A stretch of DNA of 64,000 nt from IMG/VR virus record IMGVR_UViG_3300021960_000017; one strand, 5' to 3'. The translations under genes and the position numbers were made by a program. This document shows positions 27,597 to 36,417 of the stretch, one piece after another (within the stretch, counting starts at the first letter, position 1; the number at the start of each line of letters is the position of its first letter). The notes under the pieces were generated by a model. It searched no databases. It was given only the letters and a program-made list of their open reading frames with translations, and was not told the origin of the DNA. This DNA comes from a virus. Lineage: Duplodnaviria; Caudoviricetes.

Positions 27597-27974
27597 ATGA
27601 CGATGCATCTTGTAGGTCCTTATTTGACCACAACCAACTTCAGGCCTCGCAAGGCCAAGAACAAAAGCAAGGCACAACTTGCTACAGATGCAGCTCATGC
27701 AAAGTTTCTCAAGAAGATGGGTTATAAGGGGAATGGTGTCAGTGGTAGCACAGTAGTCTCCAAAACTAACAGCGAGGGTTCGATTCCTTCTTCCTCTGCC
27801 ATCCCTAGCATAGGTGATGGTGTCGGTTATAATCCAGGTATGTCTCGGCGTAAAGAAAATGTCTATAGTGGCGAGCGCAAACTGTTAGGCGTTGCCACTA
27901 TGCATAAATCCAATATGGTGCCAGTATTTTCCAGTGAAGATGCTGAAGCAATATCCAAGATGAGACGTGGATGA
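27597..27974 (+). CDS. basic hypothetical phage protein containing an in-frame tRNA-Trp
   Basis: TGGAG RBS; MHLVGPYL N-terminus and MHKSNMVPVFS..AEAISKMRR C-terminus. Confidence 0.75.
   Translation: MTMHLVGPYLTTTNFRPRKAKNKSKAQLATDAAHAKFLKKMGYKGNGVSGSTVVSKTNSEGSIPSSSAIPSIGDGVGYNPGMSRRKENVYSGERKLLGVATMHKSNMVPVFSSEDAEAISKMRRG
27727..27801 (+). tRNA. tRNA-Trp(CCA), nested inside CDS 27597-27974
   Basis: AGGGGAA/TTCCTCT acceptor, GTGT/GCAC D arm with GG, TAGT-CT CCA AA-ACTA, GAGGG-TTCGATT-CCTTC, G discriminator, CCA. Confidence 0.85.
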
Positions 27975-28225
27975 AAACCATTATTCACATTAATAAGAAT
28001 CTAAAACAGTCTAACGATAAACATGGTAGAACACTACCAGTATGTCGTGTTGAAGTAGATGGCAAAACCTGGTATGGGAGTAGTGTAGACATTCTTGGTC
28101 CAAGTAGGATGGTATACAGTCCTGACAAGCCTAGACAGTGTGGTGCTAAACTGTGGATCGAAACAGATAGTGATGTAGTTATACACGACAAAACCACATA
28201 CAAGGAAATGGATCGCAGTTTATGA
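27971..28225 (+). CDS. hypothetical protein
   Basis: 84 aa ORF, ATGA-coupled. Confidence 0.75.
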   Translation: MKTIIHINKNLKQSNDKHGRTLPVCRVEVDGKTWYGSSVDILGPSRMVYSPDKPRQCGAKLWIETDSDVVIHDKTTYKEMDRSL

Positions 28226-28428
28226 ATAAAGAACTTGTAGATAGTTTAGCAAAAAAAGCTACAACTGAAATATTGGGTGTGCCCTGTTTAAACGAGACAA
28301 AGTTTGCTCGATTAATTATAGAGCAATGTTGTGAAGTAATAGAAAATAATACAGTTACAAACGGAGCCGGAGGGTTCCTTAAAGTTGGTACAGCAGAACA
28401 AATTAAACAACATTTTGGAGTAGAATAA
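28222..28428 (+). CDS. hypothetical protein
   Basis: 68 aa coupled ORF. Confidence 0.7.
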   Translation: MNKELVDSLAKKATTEILGVPCLNETKFARLIIEQCCEVIENNTVTNGAGGFLKVGTAEQIKQHFGVE

Positions 28429-28429
28429 A

Positions 28430-28621
28430 ATGGCAAAATTAGGAAAATTAGTAAAAGTAAATGATCAATTAACAATTAATCGTTATGACAACGGCTGGAT
28501 GGTCGAAGTTGGCGGTCGTAACAAGAAAGAAGATTGGGTAACTGCTAAGGTCATGTGCAGTTCAGAAGACGATCTCGTTGCACTCATTAAAGAATACAAT
28601 ACTATGGAAATAAACGACTAA
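28430..28621 (+). CDS. hypothetical protein
   Basis: 63 aa ORF with GGAG RBS. Confidence 0.7.
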   Translation: MAKLGKLVKVNDQLTINRYDNGWMVEVGGRNKKEDWVTAKVMCSSEDDLVALIKEYNTMEIND

Positions 28622-28920
28622 TGGGTCCTCCAATCCCAAGTGAACTTCAGGCAGCAGTTGAGCGGCAACGTCGTATTAGAATACGTCTTGCCCTTGCTGC
28701 ATATGCATATGAGTTTGATAACGACAGTATTATAACTGATGCAGAGTTTGATGAACTTGCGGATCAAGTTATACCCAGTATTGAAACTGGGAACGAGGTA
28801 ATGGATAAATTCTTTAAAGATATCTTTATTCCTGATACTGGTATGTGGGTGCACAATCATCCAGAACTGGACAAACTTAAAGATTTGTACGAGAGATTAA
28901 AAAAGGTGGGCGTTTATTAA
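28621..28920 (+). CDS. standalone NAD-dependent DNA ligase domain Ia-like protein
   Basis: AAYAYEF..SIITDAEFDEL resembles the LigA N-terminal YY...ISDAEYDxL. Confidence 0.65.
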   Translation: MGPPIPSELQAAVERQRRIRIRLALAAYAYEFDNDSIITDAEFDELADQVIPSIETGNEVMDKFFKDIFIPDTGMWVHNHPELDKLKDLYERLKKVGVY

Positions 28921-29081
28921 TGGCAGACTGGAAAAAATATTTGTCACCACATGGACAATCTAAACAAGTATGTGAGTATGTTGTTAGCAAGTTTGGAGAC
29001 TATGCCGGTGACAATCTAGGATTAAAACGCTGGGTAGAGTGCAGCAAACAATGTTTAGAGGATGCTCACAATGACGATTAG
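28920..29081 (+). CDS. 53-aa hypothetical protein
   Basis: TAATG-coupled ORF that fills the gap before gcvH. Confidence 0.5.
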   Translation: MADWKKYLSPHGQSKQVCEYVVSKFGDYAGDNLGLKRWVECSKQCLEDAHNDD

Positions 29082-29436
29082 ATACACAGAAGAACATGAA
29101 TGGCTGCGCCGCGAAGGCGATGTTCTAGTTGTAGGCATCAGCAAGTATGCTGTAGAACAACTGGGAGATGTTGTGTTTATTGATTTACCTCCAGTGGATA
29201 GTTCATTTAGTGCAAATGCAGATTGTGCTGTAGTTGAAAGTGTCAAAGCAGCAAGTGACGTTTATTGTCCTATTGCAGGAACTATTGTAGAAGTAAATCC
29301 TATTCTAAATGACGATCCTGAAATGGTTAATCGTGAGCCACTATCAGATGGATGGTTTTTTAAAATGGTTCCCGACAACTGGGACGATGTTGACGCACTA
29401 ATGACAGAAGAGCAATATCAAGAGTTTATTGCATAA
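29071..29436 (+). CDS. gcvH: glycine cleavage system H protein
   Basis: YTEEHEW, LGDVVFIDLP, lipoyl-Lys motif VESVKAASDVYCP. Confidence 0.95.
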   Translation: MTIRYTEEHEWLRREGDVLVVGISKYAVEQLGDVVFIDLPPVDSSFSANADCAVVESVKAASDVYCPIAGTIVEVNPILNDDPEMVNREPLSDGWFFKMVPDNWDDVDALMTEEQYQEFIA

Positions 29437-29669
29437 TGGAAAAGCCTCCCGTTAAACATGGTTTTTTTACACGGGACGATGAGTGGTTGGATCAATTTTG
29501 TGATTTTTTACGAGCAAACTGGGATACGCCCAGTATACCTGTAGAAGAAATTTTAGAACGAACAGGGTTAGAAAGAATAGACTTGCCAGTTGGTAGAATT
29601 CCATTTTACTATGAATTTATGGCAGACCAAACATACAGACTAGTGTGGACTAGTCCCAAGGAATACTAA
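29436..29669 (+). CDS. hypothetical protein
   Basis: 77 aa coupled ORF. Confidence 0.65.
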   Translation: MEKPPVKHGFFTRDDEWLDQFCDFLRANWDTPSIPVEEILERTGLERIDLPVGRIPFYYEFMADQTYRLVWTSPKEY

Positions 29670-30145
29670 TGAAAATAGGCATAGCAAGTGATCACGGTGG
29701 GTACGAACTAAAAGAATATCTAATAAAATGGTTAACAAAACGAGATTGTGAAGTATTTGATCTAGGTTGTTATTCCAAAGACAGTGTGGACTATCCTGTT
29801 TATGGTAACATAGTAGGACAAAGTATAACACAAGGTGAATTCGACTACGGAATAATTATTTGCGGCACTGGTATCGGAATCAGTATTGCCGCCAATAGGT
29901 ATCCTAGTGTAAGAGCGGCATTGTGCTATGATCTCACCACTGCTAGATTGTCCAGAGAACACAATGATGCAAACGTACTAGCACTTGGCGCACGTCAAAC
30001 TGCTCCAGAACTTGCTAGAGAAATCGTTAGTGTGTTTTTGTCAACGGAGTTTGATGGTAATAGACATCAATCCAGAGTTAGCATGTTGTCTGTAGAATTA
30101 GACAGATTAGAGCAACACCGTGCAAATATACTAAAGACTGACTAA
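29669..30145 (+). CDS. rpiB: ribose-5-phosphate isomerase B
   Basis: IASDHGG, VDYP, CGTGIG, REHNDANVL, RHQSRV. Confidence 0.95.
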   Translation: MKIGIASDHGGYELKEYLIKWLTKRDCEVFDLGCYSKDSVDYPVYGNIVGQSITQGEFDYGIIICGTGIGISIAANRYPSVRAALCYDLTTARLSREHNDANVLALGARQTAPELAREIVSVFLSTEFDGNRHQSRVSMLSVELDRLEQHRANILKTD

Positions 30146-31291
30146 ATTATCTCTTAGTTCCTGCCAACACTGGTCAGCAAACCCATTATAAAACCAATTA
30201 TAATTGTGCTCTAGTATGGGCTTCATTTGTTCACGCATTTGCTCGCACTCTGCTAGAGTCATTTTGCCTATGCGATTTACAATGTCTGCTACTGCTTGTA
30301 ATCGTTTATCCTCGTCCTGAATCTGGTCATATTCTTCACTCCAAAAACCATCAAAGGTTTTAAAGCCATAACCTTTAAGATAGTTTAGTGCACCTGCTCC
30401 GCAAAGTAGCACAAAGGGTTGCTTTAGCACAACGGGTTTAAAAACCTTTTCTGTTAGATGGACACGGTCAATCATTGTTTCAGAAACAATGTGTAAGAAA
30501 CTAGTAGCCCATGGAGTAAAATTATAAATTTCTTTTTCTTCATTCCATGCACTAACAACTATTTCCGAACTACTGTTATTGTGATTATCGAAACTGTTGG
30601 GTTTAATTCTATTAGCAGGTAAAATTTCATTTAAACTAACGCCCGTATACGGATCCCGTTCTAGCAAACTATATAGACCAGCATTTACGTCTATTAGATT
30701 AAGAAATTTTATCCTATATTTTCTTTTTTCATCTATTAATCTATTTGCACAAATAAACTTATGTTCAATAGCTTTATAGTCCTCATAAAGTTTTATGCCA
30801 GTATAATTTCTATACCAATGTTCTGCTGCCAAGACGCCGTTGCCAAAAAAATGAACAGGTATACAATTATATTCATTTAGAGCACTTACTTCAGAAGAAA
30901 TTTCGCTATGCAAAATTATGTAATCATTTTTAAAGTAATCGTTTGGTATGTCTAAAAATTTTTCTATGTAATTTTTTAAAATATTCCAAAATTTATGGTC
31001 AATTTCATAAAGTATAGGCTCAAAACTGTGATTAGTTAATGTAATTTGGCGATTGTAATTTAATTCAAAAAATACTTGTTTAAATGTTAGATCATGCGGG
31101 ATCCGTGATACTGTTTTCAAAGGAATATATTCTTTCCATCTTTTTTTGGGATCAGAAAACACTGTGTCTAATTTACTATCATACCTATAGGTATTATTAA
31201 AATTTTTAATTTCTATGCAGGTTTTGTCCTGGTGTAAACATTCAACTAAAATATCAAAAATTTTAAAATTTATGTAGTCTAAATCTTGCAT
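30131..31291 (-). CDS. hypothetical protein, possible glycosyltransferase-like C-terminus
   Basis: IVSET..HLTEKVFKP..QPF..GFKTF..WSEEYD pattern; function tentative. Confidence 0.6.
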   Translation of the reverse strand: MQDLDYINFKIFDILVECLHQDKTCIEIKNFNNTYRYDSKLDTVFSDPKKRWKEYIPLKTVSRIPHDLTFKQVFFELNYNRQITLTNHSFEPILYEIDHKFWNILKNYIEKFLDIPNDYFKNDYIILHSEISSEVSALNEYNCIPVHFFGNGVLAAEHWYRNYTGIKLYEDYKAIEHKFICANRLIDEKRKYRIKFLNLIDVNAGLYSLLERDPYTGVSLNEILPANRIKPNSFDNHNNSSSEIVVSAWNEEKEIYNFTPWATSFLHIVSETMIDRVHLTEKVFKPVVLKQPFVLLCGAGALNYLKGYGFKTFDGFWSEEYDQIQDEDKRLQAVADIVNRIGKMTLAECEQMREQMKPILEHNYNWFYNGFADQCWQELRDNLVSL

Positions 31292-31304
31292 AATAAGTAA
31301 CTAT

Positions 31305-32201
31305 GTGAAAATATCTTCCAGTAATGAATGGGACCAGTTACGGTCTATAATTGTAGGCACTGCCAATTATGCAAATTGGCCAGTACATTGTCCTGACTTC
31401 AGGAAACAAGAACAAACAACTCTATGGACTGAAACTCCATTGCCAGCTGGGCCTGTACCAGATTATATTATACAGGAAGCTAACCAGGATCTCGATTATT
31501 TAGTTAGCTTTTTAGAGGGCTGCGGAATAACGGTATACAGGCCTACTGATATCAACTTCCAGGAAACAGACGGATTTTATAACTATTGTCCTAGAGATAG
31601 ACTGCTGATACTTGATAATGATATCATAGATTGTCCAATGGCCTATGGTTGCAGGGATCAGGAATATGCTGCATATGACTTTTTACCACAGGATTGGGTA
31701 CCAGCATTAGGGCACTGGGATGCTGCAAATGTTTGTAGACTTAATGATGATTTACTCTATCTTAAAAGTGAAAGCGGAGACCTGGCAGGCTATAGGTGGT
31801 TGTCAGATTACTATGCAGACAAGCGAGTACATCTAGTAGAGTGTTATAGTGGTGTTCATATTGACAGCACTATTGTTCCAGTAAGAGAAGGCCTAGTAGT
31901 TTTAAATGCGGCCCGAATAACAGAAGATACTGTACCAGCACCACTAAAAAACTGGGACAAGATATGGATTCATGAATGTGCACACCAACCTTTTATTAAC
32001 TATCCCTATGCTAGTAATTGGATAGGAATTAACTTCCTAGTCGTTAATCCTAATAGCGTCGTGTGCGATCCCAACCAAGAGTTTTTACGGAGAGAATTAG
32101 ATAAGTATAATATAGACTCTCAGGGTATAGATTTGAGACATAGTAGGACATTGGGTGGTGGGCACCATTGTGTTACTCTCGATTTACATCGTGAAGAATA
32201 A
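31305..32201 (+). CDS. amidinotransferase (glycine/inosamine-phosphate amidinotransferase family)
   Basis: NEWDQL, YCPRD, HIDST, GGGHHCVTLD catalytic motifs. Confidence 0.9.
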   Translation: MKISSSNEWDQLRSIIVGTANYANWPVHCPDFRKQEQTTLWTETPLPAGPVPDYIIQEANQDLDYLVSFLEGCGITVYRPTDINFQETDGFYNYCPRDRLLILDNDIIDCPMAYGCRDQEYAAYDFLPQDWVPALGHWDAANVCRLNDDLLYLKSESGDLAGYRWLSDYYADKRVHLVECYSGVHIDSTIVPVREGLVVLNAARITEDTVPAPLKNWDKIWIHECAHQPFINYPYASNWIGINFLVVNPNSVVCDPNQEFLRRELDKYNIDSQGIDLRHSRTLGGGHHCVTLDLHREE

Positions 32202-32219
32202 TTATTTTAGGATACTAAA

Positions 32220-32906
32220 TTGAACTCTTTGGAATATTTTTTGAAGGACATTAACATTAGCGTTTTTGCTAAAAGCAGTCAAGTCAAGGCAAAGACCTTT
32301 TTGGAAATACTGGATGTAAATCATAGCCCATCATTAGGCAATACCTATCTGGTTATAGGCAAAAACATTGTAGGTTACGGCCTACAACAACTGGGATATA
32401 ATGTAACTATAGCAGATGGTTTAGATAGTGATTTAACTCTGGATGAAGTTATAGCAAGCAAGCAAACCTATGACTATATTATTGCACCAGATGAATACTT
32501 TGTTTACTTTGGTGACGAGTCCAAACAGATTGAAGAAATCAATACAATTTGTAAACTTGCAAGAATAGGTGTGTATACTACACTAAAAGATTATCGTAAT
32601 ATGCATGTCAGCCAAAGATTTTTTGAAGAACCTTTCGAAATTAAACAGGACTCAGGTAACAGCATAGTAATCAAAAAGCGTGACTGGGACCGTGAAGATA
32701 AACAAAAGTGGACACAGAGAGAATACATTATCGAGAACGACAGTTTAATTGTTTGTGATGCAGCTGAGTGCAGAACAATGTATTTCAAACAATTAGCAAA
32801 ATTCAGTAGTGATGCTGGAGCCAAGAAATTTCAAGTAGAAAAGAAGCAAATGTATAAAGCACTTTTTAGTAAGGCTTATGAGTATATAGTGTACATTAGC
32901 TTCTAA
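32220..32906 (+). CDS. possible degenerate class I SAM-dependent methyltransferase-like protein
   Basis: Rossmann-like LVIG..., YDYIIAPDEY; no clear GxGxG. Confidence 0.4.
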   Translation: MNSLEYFLKDINISVFAKSSQVKAKTFLEILDVNHSPSLGNTYLVIGKNIVGYGLQQLGYNVTIADGLDSDLTLDEVIASKQTYDYIIAPDEYFVYFGDESKQIEEINTICKLARIGVYTTLKDYRNMHVSQRFFEEPFEIKQDSGNSIVIKKRDWDREDKQKWTQREYIIENDSLIVCDAAECRTMYFKQLAKFSSDAGAKKFQVEKKQMYKALFSKAYEYIVYISF

Positions 32907-32920
32907 ACAAGGAGCGATCA

Positions 32921-33883
32921 ATGAGCGCACAAGCAGCGTTTCGCGAAGGTTTAGATCAACAGATTAATAGTCTGATTGATGGCTATGTTAAAGAAGTTGT
33001 TAATCGCAATTTGCATCAGATTAACAAACAATTAACAGAACGCATAGACAATGTTTTAAGAACAAGCATAGGCGAAAAGATTAAAGACTGGGACTTCCCA
33101 GAGTCTAGTATACCCAGCACGAGTATTAACTGGAAAAATTTTAGTTTGTCTACAGATTCTGTGCAGGGTTACCGCAAACTTAGTGGCATTGAAGACCATA
33201 GTAACCAGGTAGAGTTAACTATTCTAGATGGCGCAGTGGTTGCAGAAAATAGCGTGTATACCAAACAAGTGGTAACTGAAAATCTAGCAGTAAATGGTGA
33301 TTTTCATCTTAGTGACACAGCCTACAACAATTTAAGAGATAGAATAGCAAACAGTATTGCTATACCCGAAGTTCCTAAAATTCCAGAAATTAAAGACTGG
33401 AGTTTTAAAATTGCGGAAATGGATGCTAAAATTGAGGTTAACAGTAAGCGACAAGAAAATTTAAAGCAGTTAGATGTAAGTGGTGAAGCATATTTGAGTG
33501 AGACTCTGTATACAACGCCGGGCAACAATAGAGTAGGTATTAACACTATGGATCCTAGTGATGCACTTACTGTATGGGATCAGGAAGTAGAAGTCGTAGT
33601 AGGCAAACATGCTAGTCAACAGGGATATGTGGGCACAAGACGCAGACAGGATTTGAATATTGGCGCTAATAACAAGGTAGGTATCACAGTAACCAGTGAC
33701 GGTGTTGTAAAAATAGATCGTTTACAATTAATGAACCGTATAGTTTCAGAAAGCGACTCAATACCAGGAACAGCAGCAAAAACTGGCGATATTGTTTTAA
33801 ATACTAAACCCAAACCCGGCGGTTACATAGGCTGGGTGTGTCTAGACGGAATAAAATGGTCAGGCTTTGGTAAAATTGAATAA
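32921..33883 (+). CDS. hypothetical protein, probably virion-associated
   Basis: Coiled coil plus RVGINTMDP and GDIVLN..P.PGGYIGWVC tail-fibre-like motifs. Confidence 0.6.
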   Translation: MSAQAAFREGLDQQINSLIDGYVKEVVNRNLHQINKQLTERIDNVLRTSIGEKIKDWDFPESSIPSTSINWKNFSLSTDSVQGYRKLSGIEDHSNQVELTILDGAVVAENSVYTKQVVTENLAVNGDFHLSDTAYNNLRDRIANSIAIPEVPKIPEIKDWSFKIAEMDAKIEVNSKRQENLKQLDVSGEAYLSETLYTTPGNNRVGINTMDPSDALTVWDQEVEVVVGKHASQQGYVGTRRRQDLNIGANNKVGITVTSDGVVKIDRLQLMNRIVSESDSIPGTAAKTGDIVLNTKPKPGGYIGWVCLDGIKWSGFGKIE

Positions 33884-34539
33884 TGAGCATAGCATTCTGT
33901 ATAGGCAATGGTGAATCAAGGCAAGGATATGACACTCAGAGCCTTAAACAATCTGGCAAAATTTTTGGGGCTAATGCTTATCATAGAGATCATGTTCCCG
34001 ATTTTCTTGTATGCTGCGATAAGCGTATGGTGCAAGAAGCGTTAAACAATAAAAACTACACAGGGCCCATTTACACAAGACCAGAGTGGATAAGTACATT
34101 CGCTAATCCCAGAGTCTTAAAACTGCCTAACTTTAGTTGGAACGAAGACCTAAAATGGCGACAACATTTTCACTGGGGCAGTGGATTACATGCTGTCCAT
34201 CTAGCCTGCAAAATGAAGAATGATATAATAATTTGTATAGGTCACGATATGTATGGTATAGACAACCGGCACAATAACATTTACAAAGGCACAAACAATT
34301 ATGAAGCAGCGGATCACCATGCAGTAGATCCCAGTTTTTGGATAAAACAATTTTTACTGCTCTTTGACGCTTTTCCTAAAATACAGTTTTTTATATGTCA
34401 ACCCGATTACAAAAAATGGCAAATACCTGAAACCTGGTGCAATAAAGAAACACATGTAGGAGATAATTGCATTCTAATAAGGGACAATGTTTTCATACAA
34501 GAACTAGGGGATCTTAAAAATGAACTTGGGATCAATTAA
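33883..34539 (+). CDS. hypothetical nucleotide-binding protein (DUF115-like)
   Basis: CIGNGESR, GANAY, WGSG..AVHLA, IGHDM. Confidence 0.55.
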   Translation: MSIAFCIGNGESRQGYDTQSLKQSGKIFGANAYHRDHVPDFLVCCDKRMVQEALNNKNYTGPIYTRPEWISTFANPRVLKLPNFSWNEDLKWRQHFHWGSGLHAVHLACKMKNDIIICIGHDMYGIDNRHNNIYKGTNNYEAADHHAVDPSFWIKQFLLLFDAFPKIQFFICQPDYKKWQIPETWCNKETHVGDNCILIRDNVFIQELGDLKNELGIN

Positions 34540-34990
34540 AAAAGGATTAAATGGTCAAAAACTTATAAGCCATAGGGGCAATATTTGGGGTCCTTATCCA
34601 AGTAAAGAAAACCATCCAGACTATATACAAGCAGCACTGGATCGCGGTTATGAAGTAGAAATAGATGTATGGAGTACACCTGACGGTATGTATTTGGGAC
34701 ACGATGAGCCGCAGTATAGAGTGGACTATAGTTTTTTAACTATACCTGGTTTATGGTGTCATGCTAAAAACTTTCAAGCATTTGGTGCACTGATAAACAC
34801 TCAAAAAATAAATTGCTTTTGGCATCAGGAAGATCAGTATACACTAACAAGCCATGGTTGGATTTGGGCTTATCCTGGGCAACCAGGTAACAAGCGTAGC
34901 ATTGCAGTTATGCCTGAAAAACAACAAGTAGATGTAACAATCTTTGGCGGAATATGCAGTGATGTTATAGAGGATTATTTGGCAAAATGA
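34520..34990 (+). CDS. glycerophosphodiester phosphodiesterase-like (PLC-like) protein
   Basis: ISHRGN, EN, VEIDVW, LGHD, WCHAKN. Confidence 0.8.
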   Translation: MNLGSIKKGLNGQKLISHRGNIWGPYPSKENHPDYIQAALDRGYEVEIDVWSTPDGMYLGHDEPQYRVDYSFLTIPGLWCHAKNFQAFGALINTQKINCFWHQEDQYTLTSHGWIWAYPGQPGNKRSIAVMPEKQQVDVTIFGGICSDVIEDYLAK

Positions 34991-36360
34991 CTGTTAAACT
35001 TGTAGTTTTTGATTTAGATGGCGTGCTTATTGATAGCAAACAAATACATTATGAGGCACTCAATCGTGCACTTGGGCCTGAATATGCTATAGACATAGAA
35101 GAGCATTTAAGCACCTATGACGGGTTGCCTACAAGAACAAAACTTAACATGTTAACAAAACATAAGGGTCTTCCCACTGACAAACATGCTAGCATTGCCA
35201 GAGCAAAACAACATGCAACAGTTGAAATATTAAAGGAAACTGTACAGCCAAGATCCGAATTTATAGACATGTGCAGAGAATTAAGAGATCGTGGTTACAT
35301 ATTAGCCTGTGCAAGTAATGCTGTTAGAGAGACAGTAAAGATGAGTTTGTTACAGTTGGGCCTTGTAGAATATTTCGACTTTTGGTACAGTAACGAAGAT
35401 GTAAGCAAGCCTAAACCACATTTTGAAATGTATTTTAAATGCATGCTCAAAGCAAATACAAAGCCTAGTGAAACACTTATAATAGAAGACAGTCACATAG
35501 GCAGACAAGCAGTGCTAGATGCTGGCTGTCACTTGCTAGCAGTTATAGATACACATGATGTATCACTAGGCAAAGTCCTAGACAAAATAGAAGAAGTAGA
35601 TCGAACACCCAAACATAATATACCCTGGAAGAGTAAATCAATGAATGTACTAATACCCATGGCCGGTGCTGGCAGCAGGTTTGCTGAAGCAGGCTATACA
35701 TTTCCTAAACCATTAATAGAAGTAGGCAACAAACCTATGATACAGGTTGTAGTAGATAACCTTAACATAGATGCACATCATATTTTCATTGTGCAACGAG
35801 AACACTATGAGAAGTACAATTTGGAAACAGTGCTTAACCTTATTAAACCTGGCTGTACTATAGTACAGGTTGATGGTGTTACTGAAGGTGCAGCCTGTAC
35901 TACACTACTAGCAAGGGAGTATATTGATAATGAAGAACCGCTTGTCATCGCCAACAGCGATCAGTTCGTGGAATGGAACTCAAACGAAGTACTCTATGCT
36001 TTCAGTACAGAAGGAGTTGATGGAGGAATACTTACTTTTGAAAGCACACACCCGAAGTGGAGTTATGCAAAAATTAACGAAACAGGATGGGTTACAGAAG
36101 TTGCTGAAAAGCAGCCAATCAGCACTAATGCCACTGTTGGTGTCTATTATTATGCACGTGGTTGTGATTATGTTGCCAGTGCTGACGATATGATTGCCAA
36201 AAACATTCGTACAAACAACGAATTCTATGTTTGCCCAGTATACAATCAGTTTATAGAACAGGGTGCACGAGTTAGGATTAAGAATATAGAACGCATGTGG
36301 GGACTGGGAACTCCTGAAGATCTCACAAACTTTATGACCAACTACACTGGAACTTATTAA
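34987..36360 (+). CDS. HAD phosphatase fused to a sugar-nucleotidyltransferase (dTDP-glucose pyrophosphorylase-like)
   Basis: FDLDGVL and IIEDS (HAD); IPMAGAGSRF..PKPLI (NTP transferase). Confidence 0.9.
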   Translation: MTVKLVVFDLDGVLIDSKQIHYEALNRALGPEYAIDIEEHLSTYDGLPTRTKLNMLTKHKGLPTDKHASIARAKQHATVEILKETVQPRSEFIDMCRELRDRGYILACASNAVRETVKMSLLQLGLVEYFDFWYSNEDVSKPKPHFEMYFKCMLKANTKPSETLIIEDSHIGRQAVLDAGCHLLAVIDTHDVSLGKVLDKIEEVDRTPKHNIPWKSKSMNVLIPMAGAGSRFAEAGYTFPKPLIEVGNKPMIQVVVDNLNIDAHHIFIVQREHYEKYNLETVLNLIKPGCTIVQVDGVTEGAACTTLLAREYIDNEEPLVIANSDQFVEWNSNEVLYAFSTEGVDGGILTFESTHPKWSYAKINETGWVTEVAEKQPISTNATVGVYYYARGCDYVASADDMIAKNIRTNNEFYVCPVYNQFIEQGARVRIKNIERMWGLGTPEDLTNFMTNYTGTY

Positions 36361-36363
36361 CGG

Positions 36364-36391
36364 TTGACGTCTGTTGTGAATAGTATATAAT
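36364..36391 (+). promoter_or_regulatory. sigma70-like promoter
   Basis: TTGACG-N16-TATAAT. Confidence 0.65.
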
Positions 36392-36417
36392 AATATTATT
36401 ACTACAATAGGTGTTTT

